Assembly (NCBI GenBank): GCA_036172245.1
Contig: JAYWIR010000014.1
Location: forward strand, 62,001-126,000
Length of the DNA: 64,000 nt
DNA from: Raillietiella orientalis
Lineage: Eukaryota
Reading direction: 5' to 3'
This document shows positions 14,140 through 28,051 of this stretch, one piece after another. The first letter of the stretch is position 1, and every line of letters starts with the position of its first letter. The notes beneath the pieces were generated by a model that had not been told where the DNA came from, did no database searches, and worked only from the letters and a program-made list of their open reading frames with translations. The position numbers and the translations under genes were made by a program.

Positions 14140-16763
14140 ATGAAGGTGAGACTTTTTTCACCAATGACTATCATCTAAACAATCATAAACTTCCATCTTT
14201 TCTTGGTCTTTTGCAAATCGTTGATCTTGACTGATGTTTGAATATATATTAATTATTAATAATCAAACTTTTTTTAGACAGGAAAAGAGAGCATCATATA
14301 TCATTACTTTGACACCCAAGGAAGAGGAGAAGTTATTAGATTAATTCTGATATACTGCCAAGTCCCTTTCGTGGACAGAAGAATTTCTATGAAGGAATGG
14401 TCCTTCGAGAAAAAAAGTAAAGTGTTTTGAATACGTAATGTTGTACTATTGTTTCGTTGTACAATCACATTAAATCTAGTCGAACCTAACAAACTACTGT
14501 CAAATGCTCGGTTCACAGCAAATTTGACCCTATTTCGAAAATAAGCAATGAAACGACCTGTAATTGACCTGCCTATCGTCGACGACTCCAAATCTTTCGC
14601 ATTCATACGCATTTTTTATCGTAAATAAACGTCCGCATTCGCTACACATTAATCCAGACGCTCTTGAATATCTTGAATTCGGAATGGAGAGAATCTAGGA
14701 GCTGGATCTTAGAACTAGCTATTTACCTAAGTATTCGTTAGTAGTAGTAGTCAACGGATTCATGTGACTCGGTGAACCGCATGCGTTTTTCATGCACCAG
14801 ACTCATCACCAAAAAATAATTATTTTCGTATTTCGAGTACATTCACTACAATCACGACTGCTTTGCCCCTGATGGCTGTTTCGTTGATTCATTCTCTTTG
14901 ATCTTCCCATCCTTTGCTTCGCTGCTGCACTTTCTGCACTGAATGGTTTCTTCCGTCGCTCATTTCCTCCAGAGTAGAGATAGTTCTGTCGACTGGCGTA
15001 ACACTGGCTGCCTTGCTACCAAGTTATTTTACTCCTTGATCTTTTACTGTGCATCTAATGTATCAATACACATTATCACGACTTCTGGATACCTACCACT
15101 TGTCTAGAAGGCTTTCCGCGCCGGAAGTGTTTTATTTTACTCTTCACGTACACCGAATTCACCTCAATTGTATCTAAACATGGAAATTGTATTCCGTGAT
15201 TCCAAGTGCATGCTCATATGCTACTCAAATCTCAGGTGAGCAGAAACTGCTTTGGCCCTGACTGCGGATCTTCATGGTTTCCGCCTATGGTTTTCTGAAC
15301 TAACACAGGATAACTAGAATTAATACAGTAGGACACGTGATGAACAAGTCTCCGTGAGCACATGATCAAGAGACAAGCGACACGCACACACTTACAGGAA
15401 AAGTAGGAGGCTCTCTGTGTCACGACCTGAGATGTGTGAACAAATTCTTGTGAACAAGCTGTGCGAACGGTCGCTTAGCGGTCAGGAAATTACCGATCTG
15501 CGAGACTTCGATTTGAATCTTTGCCTGCACGAAAACTTCGCCTGCAGTCGAAGGGAATTGTTTAGCATACTCGCCAACACTGTTTTCGCTGACGGTGTCA
15601 GGGTACATCATCAGTCAAGATGTCAACGAAACAAAAACTGCTACTGAGTTAATACTCACTTTTGTTCACGAGACTGAAGATTGCTCTCGCTACACAATTT
15701 AATAAGAGCTTTTATATGTGACAGGAATCGATAAGAAACAGTGTTGTTCATCATTATAAGGATGAACATCAGTCATTTTGCTAACGCACCTCATACCAAA
15801 AATTATCCTGTATTACCGCTTTAAAATAGAAAACATGATGTCAAGTAATCTGTCAATATTTATTGCTGCAATGAGTGAGCATGAAAGAGATGATTCGATG
15901 ATTCCATTATCACGCAACCATAGTGATCCGACTTGTTCCATTATTCTTCTCATCACCTCTTGATCGGTCGACCAATACTGAGCAGCCGCTATCCATCGAG
16001 AAAAAAAAAGAAAGTTGAAAATTGGAACGCTCTCGCCACATGATGAGAAATTGGCTGGCATCGACGCCAATACAAAGGTTGAGGGTTTGGGAACTCCTGT
16101 TCACTCTCAAAGATCCTCTTGCGGAACGCGACCGAGCTTAGCATTCAGTGCATATGAGACATCAAAATGCATCTGCTTTCTAGCGTTCATTTTCAGATGC
16201 TATTTTTGGTTCCTTGCCAATGATCGAAATCGACAATTTTCGACTTGGCCAAACGCTTGCTATTGCAAGATTCCTTGCGAGGAACCTCGAGTTGACAGGC
16301 ACAACGCTCTGGAAGGCTTCAGTGTGCGACATGATTGCCGGTGTGCTGGATGACCGGATGTACAACCTTAATGAATTCCTGTGAATATTTTGGTTCCCAT
16401 TCCGGAATGTACTGTTTATTCTTCATAGCCGCAAGCAAGGAAACCTCAAGTATGATGTTTTCAAGCGCCGCTTCGAGGAAAACGTCACTTCCTTGTTTTC
16501 TGACTTCGAACGATTCAAAATGATTGGAAGCAGTTCCAGGTTCATCGTTGGTGAAAAGGTGGGATTTCCCCAGTTTTTCCTTGTACATTTCTTTTCTTCA
16601 GATGACATGGACCGATCTAATCTTATTCCATGCTTTGGTCTCTTGCAACCTCTTGGTGCCAGGTTGCCTGACGCAATTTACAGATTTACGCGGTTTGATG
16701 GACAACGTTGGCAACCTCATTCATGTGAAAGACTTTCTGAATAAACGAAACCGTACGAGTTGA
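14140..16763 (+). CDS. Glutathione S-transferase, sigma class-like
   Basis: Exons 14140-14145, 14278-14416, 16197-16380, 16429-16558 and 16602-16763 are all GT-AG and in phase. Translation: MKTGKESIIYHYFDTQGRGEVIRLILIYCQVPFVDRRISMKEW...FGSLPMIEIDNFRLGQTLAIARFLAR...FIVGEKMTWTDL...VKDFLNKRNRTS*. It has the N-terminal Tyr, cis-Pro (LP) and QT/QS glutathione-binding motifs. Confidence 0.93.
15396..16096 (-). CDS. Putative 3' exons of an unidentified gene antisense within GST intron 2
   Basis: Candidate exons 16096-16040, 15988-15914, 15865-15817, 15689-15660, 15541-15494 and 15426-15396 have GT-AG boundaries (donors include gtgagt, gtaatt, gtaagt). They stay in frame to a TGA at 15422-15420: ...AAQYWSTDQEVMRRIMEQVGSLWLPINIDRLLDIMFSILKRESNLQSREQKRSFRAGKDSNRSLADRS*. 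Confidence 0.4.
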
Positions 16764-17029
16764 TGGGAGGTTCATCAACTACAATGAAGAGCGAAGGAGG
16801 AAATTTGGAATAAATTTCTGTTGTTTGTAGTTTTTAATGTAATTATGTACATACATAACATGCATGCATGTACGCTCGCGAGCACGCAAATATAGAAAGG
16901 ATAATACACAAAATTAATTTGATGGAAAAGAGTTGACAATGCATGTTATGCACCATAAATATATTTAATTCATCATTATTTAATGAAATGTATTTATATT
17001 CCATTCGCCTCATACGAAATAGGACAGAA

Positions 17030-19070
17030 GGTCTTTGAAAGAGAAATTAGTGCGTTCCAGTTTATAGATACCATAAATAATATTAAAAGTAAGATATTCT
17101 TCTTTAGAAAAGAATGGAAATTTCGATCTTGGAACAGTGATGTCATACGCCTCTGGAACCATCGCCAGCAACTCAGGTACTACTGAATCGGTCCGTAGAT
17201 GTCTCTACCTCATAGTCATGGAGCTGATACCTGCAAAGGTGAACCTGCCGGATTCAAGAGCCTAGTTAAAGAGCACAAGAACCCACAGCACTTCATTTAA
17301 AACAACGGGATGCATTACTGCTGAAGCATTTTTCTATTAAAAACTTGAATATAGAATCAATGCCGATGTGAAAACAAATTGTTCTTGCATGGTTCTTGCT
17401 GCATCACTGAAATGATCGCCTCAGTTTGTCCTCAGGCAGCAAGATTGGACACTGGTTCGCTTCCAAACTCTAAATCACAGTCGATGGAGGATCATGGCTT
17501 AATCAATGCAGAATAATGCAATTTTTTTTTAAATTCTGATTTATAGGCAAGGCAACGTATAACGCTTAACTCATGTTATTGTCTTCGACATTAAAAAGCC
17601 AAACCCAAAAGGTGAAACTTGCAAAACAGCGTCTCTTCGGGGGAAGCTTTGGTAAGGGTGACACTTTTCGAAGATGTCAACATCCCCAGCTTCATTTATG
17701 TGAAGGATTGGTCAGAAGGTATGCAAAGGGCATAGCAGTATCAACCAGATTTCTCTTTAGTGCCTTGAACAGTCTGGTTCTCGAAAGCCACTTGCAACAG
17801 ATGGAGCAAGAAAGGACGTCTGGCCGTCGCTTGTTTCAAGTCCGAGAAGTTCTTGTTTAGGGAGACACACCAAGTGGATATTCAAGTGATCCCTGGTCTT
17901 CCTAGCTGAGAAGGATGGACGCGGGGAGCTCACCTGCGGAATTGTAGCAATTGCCCAGCAGCTGAGTGGCTGGTCCTCGCGCTGCTTTCCAAGAATTGCA
18001 ACTGAAACTTGCGTCTATGTTATCAAGTAGTGTGATTGATGACATAGTCTCAACTTGAAAATGATAAGAATGCAACTTACCGTTGTTATTGTGGCGGACC
18101 AAAAGATTCCTGGTCTCTGTGTTGCAAAGTATAGATTTAAAAGCAGCGTTTTTATTGGAGTTTATACCAGATACACTGTTCGAACACTATTTAGTAAAAT
18201 TTAATGTTACTTTAGAATAGGTAAAGCACACTCTGCATTTCATTTACTAGTTCCTTTCAAAAATCAGTCCTGATTACATCATGAAAATACGAAAAAAATA
18301 GGAAAGGTTACTGCTAAAAATTTAAGAACGGGAAGAGTAATCCAATCACCCCTGCTGCAAAAGAAACTGATGTAGAGAGATCAAAGACTATGATATACCA
18401 GATGTTGAAAACGTTAATGTTGATTTAGGAGAGCATCAAGATAACATCTATGTAATCGATGCAGAAAATCCTGCTAAATTATGTGACGATGCTAACAAAA
18501 GTAGCTAAGCTTTTGACGCACACCAACCAAAATTGGAAAACAGCTAGGAAGCCCAAAAACTTGAATATAAATTGCTGTACAAGAGCCAAACGCTCCCAAT
18601 GACCCTAATTCTATTTTAGCAGAATACTGCTGGAATGGAACCATCTTTTCATGGTAGTGCTACAAACGGAAAAGACAAACCATTAACAAAAGCAACGCAA
18701 CAAAGGCAAGCAATCGTGGCTAGTAATGGTGGTACGGTGTTATTGGTAGGTGGTGTTGTATATCATAGCGGTATTTGACGAAATTGTTGGATGAGCGTAT
18801 ACAGGTTTTGCATTGTATAATGCCATAAATCCCAGCCCACAGCTCAAAAAAGTAGAAAGTGCAGGGCAGCGTTCAGCCTCTTCTGAGCTTCGGGACACGC
18901 TTCAAAATTCATAAGGTCAAGTAAAATGTAACAACTCCTTTAGATGATTTCCCAAGTTGTTAGCTTACCTTAGTCCTGCTCATCTCCCTTTAAATTGAGC
19001 TTATAGTTCGTCATACACATTCGCGCCCTTCACAGGTAGCTATGTAACAAAACCATCCTGTAGACAAAAA
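17030..19070 (-). other. Cluster of small exon-like segments, possibly the 5' part of the antisense gene at 15.4-16.1 kb
   Basis: Several minus-strand segments are bounded by strong splice signals (gtaagt near 18080, gtgagc near 17933, gtaagc near 18968). Adjacent ones join in frame, e.g. LLVRHNNN|DASFSCNSWKAARGPATQLLGNCYNSA|ELLGLETSDGQ. The full structure and frame were not resolved. Confidence 0.3.
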
Positions 19071-20223
19071 ATATGAAAGGAAGGAAAAAGGTGATGTTCC
19101 CGCTGCTTTTCTAAACTTAACTATGTAGTTTTTGAATACTTAATAATCTTCCCTGTTCATTCAGGATATTGGTTGAACAGTAGTCTCTCTAGTATATACT
19201 GCTTTGATTGGCTCACATGGTGTAACTCCAGGTTCTGACAATTTAGGTGCAACTCTAGCTACTACTGTAGCTGATAAAGAAACTAAATAGCAAACATTGA
19301 CAAATAAATACTTTTGGATGTAGAATAACCATTGTCAATGCAGTGATACCACCACAAATAACACCTCTAATAGAGATAAATTTTCTGCTTCGTTGATAGG
19401 ATTCGATTTTTACTTGGCTTTTTATATGCTGTGCTACATTACTATCAGGCAGGTGCCCTTTTATTGCCATAATAAAAGCAGATTCTGCATCAGCATGATC
19501 CCTAGAACAATGCTTAAATCCCTCATACAAATTTTCCTAATATGTCACACCTTTAAGCTTTTTTAGAGACAATATCAACACTTAAAAGATCTAATGTAAA
19601 CCTTTGTAGGACCAAAGTCATGGGGTGTTAAAGTGTAATTTTCATCATTTTTAATCTACAGTAATTGGCAAGAACATCTTTCAATATACTAATCTCTTGA
19701 GCTTTTGTTAAAATAGTGTCAGTGCTTTTACTACATCAGAAAAACTCCAAAAGATATGAGAGTGTAATTTTCACCATTTACATCTATAGTGTTTTACCAT
19801 CTAACCTATGATGCAGTGGAAATACACTTTGCTAAGCAAAAATTTTTCTTCAGGCACTTACATTAACAAGCAAAAAAATTTTCTTCACAGATTCATATGT
19901 GTACTTAGTGCAGATGTTCTTTCAAAAATATTCTTCCACAATGTCACTACAGTATAGGCATTAAAAAATGACAATAATACAAAACAGACCAGACTACACA
20001 GAAAAATACAATTTTTCAATCACAGCAACTTTATTGTATTGAACATGCAAATAAATACAGGAATAACACTCCTGGAGGAACAAAAAATTCAAAATACAGA
20101 CCCAGTCACTTGACATGTGTTCGTAGTACTGATCTTGAATACATGAATAACAAAAGATATGACCTCTGGAAACATGCAATTATTAACATAGAATAAAACA
20201 ACAAGCTTATTTGATTTATTGTA

Positions 20224-23200
20224 TCAAAATAAGGCAACTCTTTTGTCTCTGTGCTTGTTTCTGTGAATAGTACGTGCTTTGCATGAAGCAACATTATATA
20301 AATGACGTTCCAATTTGCTGGGCTTATAAGCACACACCATGTCAGTAGCAAGTGGATCACCAAGATCAAAGATATCTCTAAGCAATTCATTTACTCGAAG
20401 ATGAAGATTCATACCAGAATGCAGAATGCGGCAAAGTGAATTGTAATACCATCGACGACACCAAGTATTCAATTCAAGTATTTCTTTCCCAAATGTAATC
20501 ACGAGATTTGGATTTTCTCCATGCACAACTGAACGCATCACATCCCGGAAAGTAGATCGTTGTTGCTTACGATCCTTCTTGGCACGATATTTGTGCGAAT
20601 CAGTTGCTAACTCCTTGAGTTTACTGTGCAATCCATCATCATCCAGTAACTCTTGATTCAACTCTTGCAATAAAGCGATGGCCTCTCCAGCAGTTATACG
20701 CACATCCACATCCGATGAATCAAGTAGGGCAATTAAATTAGGCAGCTGATTCTTACAAACTGGAATTGTTAAATGAACTGGAAGAAGTGTTAACAATAGA
20801 CTCCATGATCCTAGAGCTGCTTCAAGCATTTCTTGCGTATCATCTTTAGCTGGAAATGATCCAAATATAGTTTCAAAGATTTGCATGATAGCCCTTAAAT
20901 CGTGTATCTCGCCTTTTCCTAGCAAATAAAACAGCCCCAAGGCAGAAGCACACTAAAGAACAAATTGAATAGAAAGTCCTGGAAACCATATGCATCACCT
21001 TAGCTCGCACAGGCTTGCTAACTGCATTATCTGTAAGTAAAGAGCTCAACAATGGGCACATAGCTTGACCAAGAGATTCAATTTCTGAAACATCTCCCAG
21101 CTGGATGCAAAAGAGCATCATGAGTTCCAAAGCTGCCAACTGCTCCACTGGTTTCCCTTTTTTCAGACCACGCTCAATAATATCTGCAATTGTATCTTTC
21201 CTAGAGGAGATTTTCTTGAGTAAAAATTAAAGTTATAATTTAATGTACCTGCTACTCACAAAACTCGGCATGAACCTCACCTTGAAAGCCTTACTGATTG
21301 ACTGAAAGCATGCAAGGCGACCTACTGAAGATTTTTGATTTGCTGAATCAATGGATTCTTTGAGCATCTCCTCTAAGTCATTTTGTGATGCCACCGGTTC
21401 TGCTTCATCAGTGGTTTTGCCTGATTCTGTAGAAAAAATGAAAAAAAATTCTAAACTCCACTCCAACTAGTTTTCATACCCAAAATGTCTTCTGGAAGGC
21501 TAGATTCTGAAGCTATACTCATTATGCTGGCTTTTTCTAATGAATCCTCCGAGTGTCCAATGCTTGCTACATCATCTTTGTCCCTTTCTCCTAAAAAATT
21601 GATGCAAATATTTAATAAATCAGAATACATGTCACTTTCCATTAGAAAAGTGAATTATGACCTAGAGATTCTCAAACCAAACCACACTTTTTTGCAAACA
21701 AAATAGATTGGAAACTTTTACTTCTGAATTTTTCTGATTTTGAATATCTTCAAGTCCTTTAGTACATTAGTAACACATGACAATAAGTATTAAAATTTCA
21801 AGTAAACAAAGAAATTTTGATAATTTTTTTTTCATTCCAAAAGCTGTATGAAACAGAAATTGAAATTCTGTGCCTTAAACAGCAATACCTTCAAGCAAAC
21901 AGAATTTCATTACGGATCCTGAAACTGTGTTAAAGGAACCTAATAAAACTGGTGAATGTCAATCACAATCTCTTTCTTCACAAAAAATCAAATTCTTTCA
22001 GATACTGAGTAAGTCAAATATTTGTTTTAAAAATCATGAAATCTGCTTATGAAGAATATTGTAGTTTACAACTGTTCAAGAGTACACTAATAATTAAACT
22101 GCTGTGCTTAATTTATTAACATAACAGTTTAAATTCACTAATAAAAACAATGATCAACCAGATTCTTGAATTAATGACACCAAATTTTCAACTTTTCAAA
22201 AGTGTACCAATATTGCTCCAATTTAATGTAATCAAATAACAAACTTTGTAAAAGTGAAAGCAAAAGTGAAATCAGGCACTACATCAAATTTTTCTCAGTT
22301 CTTGCTGATAAGGGAATTTATTGACCAGAATCAGAAACTTCAATACAACACAATAAAATCCAACACATAAATGGATAATATATCAACACATATATCGACA
22401 TCATTCTGATAATACTACAGCTAAAAAAAAGATTTCTCAATGCAAAGTAAATGACTAAACAACATACTTTACTACAATTCGAGAATAAAAAAAAAATTGG
22501 GACCTTCAATCATGTCACGTTTTCCATAAATCACTTTTGTGTGTATCTCTGGCTCCAGCATAATCCTTAATAGAAAACAAGTAACAAGCAACTCATAATT
22601 TAAGCATCATTAACCATACTGATTTCTACAATAAGCCTAAAAGAAGGGAATCTTAAGTTAAATACCTCCACCAAAATATTACAAAATTAAATTTGAGCAA
22701 CATTTTGGAGGCAGAAGGCAGAACAGTTCAGTTGTAAGTAGTCAAACTACCAAGAAATTTAAATACTCTACTGTAATAATTTATGGTGTGAAACAAAAAA
22801 TGTCAGATTTACATAATAATGAACTGTATTCAATATAATCCTCAATTAATTTATATAACCCTGAAAAACGGCAATTTTAATAATTAATGAATTTAAATGA
22901 AGAAAGTTTCAATATTTGAAAAAATAAGGCTTATTATTGATATATCCTTCAACCAAAAGAATTTACGAGAAATCATACAAATTGACCAACATCCATTGAA
23001 AATGGTCAAAGGTCAATCACAGAAACAAATATGCAAGGATGCCACATAAAACCATCTGTCCGAGTTTAACTACATTTACATACAAAACAATTGTTACATA
23101 TTACCATGCTAAAAACAAATTAGCTGAATTAGTTAGAACTCAAAGCAACAAATAAAAACAAGAAACACAACGTATGGTATATATAATATGGTAAAACACA

Positions 23201-24920
23201 TCCAGGAAATTTATCAACAGTTTCTGGTGTAAAAACTTTAAGTTGAATTTGTAATGAAATTAATGCATTGCATGTTTTAATATTAAATTGTGTTGCCATG
23301 AATTTGTTCTATGTGAAAGATAGACTCTGACTCTGACAGACTCTGACAGATAGACTCCACTCTGACCCATTTTCGAAAAATTTCGCAAACTTCTTTACTA
23401 TCAAGCATCACAACAGTAAACACAAAGGACTAGAAATAACTTTTGTTTTAAATATCCAATGCCTCACCATGATAATGATTTTTACACTGGATAATTCCAA
23501 AAAAAAAAAAGGGGCTGCAAAAGTATTTTTGATCAATACAGCATTTGCCATTTCCTTGTTTCCATTTTGGGATCGTTGCTACCAGAACTGTTCATAAACA
23601 TAATACTAAAAGTATAAGCTCTAAGTGTCATCTCAGTGGTTCCGCATAGTCCTGATGACAAATGCATGTAATACTGCTGTGATTACAGCTCTTTTCTATG
23701 TTTACATAAAGCCTGGGATAGCCCAAACTATTGCAATTTATTTAATTTTACCTAAACACAGCCAACTCCACACATCCCAAACTGGATCTGTTTGAACAGT
23801 TATTTAATTTTTGCTACCCTCCAAATCTAACACTCATATTATCTATCCACTGTTTTACTTATTATTATCTTGATCTTTCAAATGATGCATCACGAAGACA
23901 ATAAACACAGCCACATACCCAAAGGACAAAAGCGTATCACAAATACTTCAACATAATTTTAATAAGGTTAAAATGGCAAACAAGGAGTTATTTTCGAGGT
24001 ACACAAAAGCATCTTGTGTTTCCTCTTGGAACATGAAAGACTGAAATAATTTTGAATCCTTTTGTATTCACAAAATACTCCAACAAAAAAAAACACACAC
24101 AAAAAAAAATATACGTTTCAAAAGACAAAGTTTCTCAAACTATTGCACTGATGTTTCCATCCTCCATAATAAACTCGATTTCACAAATATCCAATCCTAA
24201 AAGTATCCTTCACATAAATTTCTCAATTTGTCTTTAAAAATCAAATTCCGAACACGTCTTCTATTTTCAATTACATATTTCGTTCTCTAGTGAATCTTGG
24301 AATTCGGCAGTAAAATATGTTGGTCCTGGGGGGTTAATTAACACGCAATTGCGAAAATGAAAAAACGATTTAACAATCAAGGGAATCAAGGGAATGTATT
24401 CCACATCACGTTTACGGTCTTATCAGCTGATCACTCCGAGATGCCTAAGCTGTTATACGACAAAAACGCGTATGTAGATTCATAACAGAATCCCAAAGAT
24501 TTGTCGCAAGTAAAATCTCAACTAATGATATTGTTTTAAAATGCAGGGGCTAAATGCAAACTGCTTAAACTTTTGCTATTTTAAGACGCAAACTGGCCAC
24601 GTTTAAGCTAAGATGCTGAATACTGAAGTTCATTAACAATCAAGCAATGGAACTGGTACTTTGTAGCTTCATACAAAACAAGTTTCAAAGAAAATACATT
24701 TCCTGACTGTAATGTAGCTGATTCTTCGGTAAAACTGTCAAATACTCATTTGATAACCTTGAAATAAGATGCTAAATACTGAATTTTTCATTGTGAGATA
24801 TAATTTCATCAAACAAGAAAAAAGATAAAATGAAAACCACTTCCTAATAGTACTAGAAACCTTCTAGATTTACTTACGTTTATTGTAATGGGTTTTCTTT
24901 TTATTTTTTCCTTTGGGCAT
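20224..24920 (-). CDS. IFRD1: Interferon-related developmental regulator (IFRD1/IFRD2 family)
   Basis: Exons 24920-24878 (MPKGKNKKK...), 21590-21480, 21426-21249, 21200-20999 and 20952-20224. They contain the family hallmarks AALGSWSLLLT, VRITAGEAIALL, LATDSHKYRAKKDRKQQRSTFRD, NELLRDIFDLG and KARTIHRNKHRDKR. Confidence 0.96.
23551..23605 (-). repeat. Short dispersed repeat / decayed exon, copy A (inside IFRD1 intron 1)
   Basis: GTTTCCATTTTGGGATCGTTGCTACCAGAACTGTTCATAAA nearly matches 26862-26902. On the minus strand an AG acceptor precedes LVATIPKWKQGNG. Confidence 0.7.
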
Positions 24921-26856
24921 GTTTTTCTTTATTAATTATTTACAAGCACTACTCAAACACAGTATTCTATATAAATGTCTGTCTTTGGAAAATAAACACT
25001 GTAATTTCGTAATAATTTTTTGGTCGAAATTCTTTTTATTATCAACAGCAAACTCTCTTTGAGAAATATGAGCTAATGCCTCCATTACGAACCACCACTT
25101 GCTCCAACAAGATTAACGACACAATATCCTGCACTCAATGATTGCCACACAAATTATCGTAACCGTTAGACTGAATCTACAAAATATATGAATTTAAATC
25201 ACTTTTGTACACACTTACCAATAAATTCCAATTGGTCTCAGATTTTCTAAAAAGTTCATTTTTTTAATAAATTAAAAAAGTTACCATTTATTTTCGAAAA
25301 CTGATGACTCGAATATAATACCTTTAAGAAAACAAGATCGTTAATTTTTTTTGTTTACAAGAAACGAACTAGACAAAAGTATAGATCAAACTAGGAATAC
25401 ATAGCAAACATAACATAATTAGTAAACATTCATATTCAGTATAAGTAAGTCGGTTATTCTCCTAAAAAGATAGCGCAGTTCTAGCGATTTAGCTATAATG
25501 GTAATATAGAAGACGAAAAATGAGAAACAAGTTTTTGTTCAAAAGTTAAAAAAAATTAGGATAGCAAGAGCACGATAACCTTATTAGCTCATGAAATTTT
25601 AATTATTATACATGAGAACATGTATACAGTTTCTTTCAGACTTTTTATATTAAGAACAAGTATAATAAAAAATAGTGTTCATAAAACCTATTGCTCATAT
25701 CGTAATCAATGAAAGAATTAATTACTAAATTAAGTAAGAATATTATTAAAAAGATAAAACATGGATCTTCATGTAAGAGTTTAATTTATATAAAAGATGC
25801 ACAAGTACACTGTTTTTATAATTCAAATGAAACAACAGTTCTGATGCAATGAGCTAGAAGCAATCTTTCTCCTAAAGGGTGAATTTCCACTCGACTGTCT
25901 TTTGAAGGATACTGTAATCTGTGTTATCCACCTTACCATTTTAATAAATGCAAAATATAAGAAATCTCAAATGCTACATACGAACTGCATAGCACTGAAC
26001 AGATTAAAAGGAACGAGATCTATGAGGTACATAGATTTTTCATTCTCGATACCTCCTAACTTTGTTTTGGAGAATAGGTTTTCTGATGAATATACAACTC
26101 TGTATACATAACAGTTCACAAATTGGAATTCACTCTTGATACGGCTGAGCACCTATATTTTTATTTTTTTATTCTTTTGTAATTTCCAAGTTGCTTTCAT
26201 TAGCTTCAATTTTTGAATGTGGTAGTACTGTGAATATTGCAACTTCATGTATTTAACGTTTTCTTCTATCTATGCAGAAAAAGTGAACAGTCATTAAAAT
26301 GCATAGGAGAAAATTCTTTTGTAGTCCAATACGGGTGTTTGACTATTGCCTTCAAAGTGTAATTCGGATTAGCTTTGCTAGGAATCCTTTCCATATCTGT
26401 TCGAAATTATTTTCCATCATTTAAACTTCTTTGTGATTTTCCGTTCTATTTGTCTCCAAATTCCTCAAACAGTATCACTGAAATTTGTGTTCTTGGTAAT
26501 TAAAAGTGTTCTTAGCATTCCAGCTGACAAATGCCCACAAAGATTAGCTGGTTCTTTGAAGCTTATGCCTAACATGGAATTCTAATTCTTTGTAACTATT
26601 GTTTATAATCCTAACTGGAAAGCTCTTCTCTCTATTTTTTAAAACCTTAATGTGCTTCAGCTCCAAGTTTGCCTGGACACTAGCCGACTTGCTTGCTATT
26701 AACCTCAGAGCAGCTTTTAGACCGCTATTCGTAGAAATATAAATAAGCGATCACCTTTATCACCAAATGCAATCTGAGGAATGATCAGCAGCTGTTTCGA
26801 AAGTGCTAGGCCAAATTTTAAAAAAAGAAGTTGGAATTGGACCAATTGCAACCGCT

Positions 26857-26908
26857 CCCTCGTTTCCATTTTGGGATCACTGCTACCAGAACTGTTCATA
26901 AAAATAAT
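26857..26908 (-). repeat. Short dispersed repeat / decayed exon, copy B
   Basis: Matches 23558-23598. The minus strand reads cag|LVAVIPKWKRGSG, followed by a frameshifted coding-like stretch down to about 26400. Confidence 0.7.
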
Positions 26909-28051
26909 GCAAAAGAATAAAATCAAGCCTTGCTGTATCTTGTTGATAATTTTATTGGGATTTCTTATTTTACTATTTCATCATTAGTGGTTTATTATCT
27001 CAGAATGAACAGAAAAACAAGCTCAATTCCTTTATGGTTTCCATGTACAACATCCGGTGTTTCACCATCATTTTTATAATTTGGTTTTTATTTTTGAAAA
27101 AGGAAAACAAAATTCTCTCCATACAACATAATCTTTTCCTCCTGCAATATGTACACTCAGATTTGGGGAAATTCAATACCAAATTTCAAGCTATGTGGAG
27201 AGAGAGGAAAAAAAAAACGATCGTAAGTTGACTCAGCTTACAATTGAACAAACTTTCAAATCGTATACAACTTTACAATGGTAACAAACTTTACAAAAGA
27301 TAGATTACCTAGATACTGAACAAGCTTCTGATTAAGGTAAATTAGACAATAGCCTCAAGGAAAGGGGGAAGGGCGGGAGGAAGATCCATGAGAAAAACGT
27401 GAAGGTTCGATTTTTAAAACATAATTCTAGTTTTAAATTTAATAAACATCAATTTTCAAATCGAAACCATTGCTAATTTTAATTCCCCGTGTACCTGGTT
27501 ATTCACTGATTTCGCCTTTGTTTTTGAATCGCCAGTTCTAAATCTTGAAGGTATATAGAGCAAAACTTCATTCCTGAAATGTATTCGTGAAGCTATCAGT
27601 TCTAGATTTTAACGAATGATAGGAATTTTATAAGATTTTATTGAGCTATTAAGTTCACTCTGCAACTTTTTTCACAATTCACTTTCAAATGCAGTTGATG
27701 TATTAGTTCAGACAGCTACGTAAATAAGTAAATTTTCTTCATTATCCTTGTCCAAGGTTCCTTTCAACGTTGCAGACCTTGCTCCCCTGTCATGCATGTT
27801 TCAGTTGCTTACAAGTGCTTAATGATTTTTTTTTGTTCTTTACTACATGTCAAGTAGCACTACACCATAACAATACTGTTACTATTCCACAGTTCTTTTC
27901 GTGTATACGTTTAAACAGCTTCTTATCCCTCTCCAATTCATCGCTAAGCACTCAGAAAATTACTTAAATAACACTTAAGCTGAATCTTATTTAGCTGTCC
28001 CCTCTTATTCATATCTGAAAATTCAACGTCTTCCAAAATGATGGAAATGTC

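Noticed and set aside
19630..19890. Short imperfect direct repeats downstream of IFRD1
   Set aside because: Ordinary local duplications of about 25-35 bp with no further structure.
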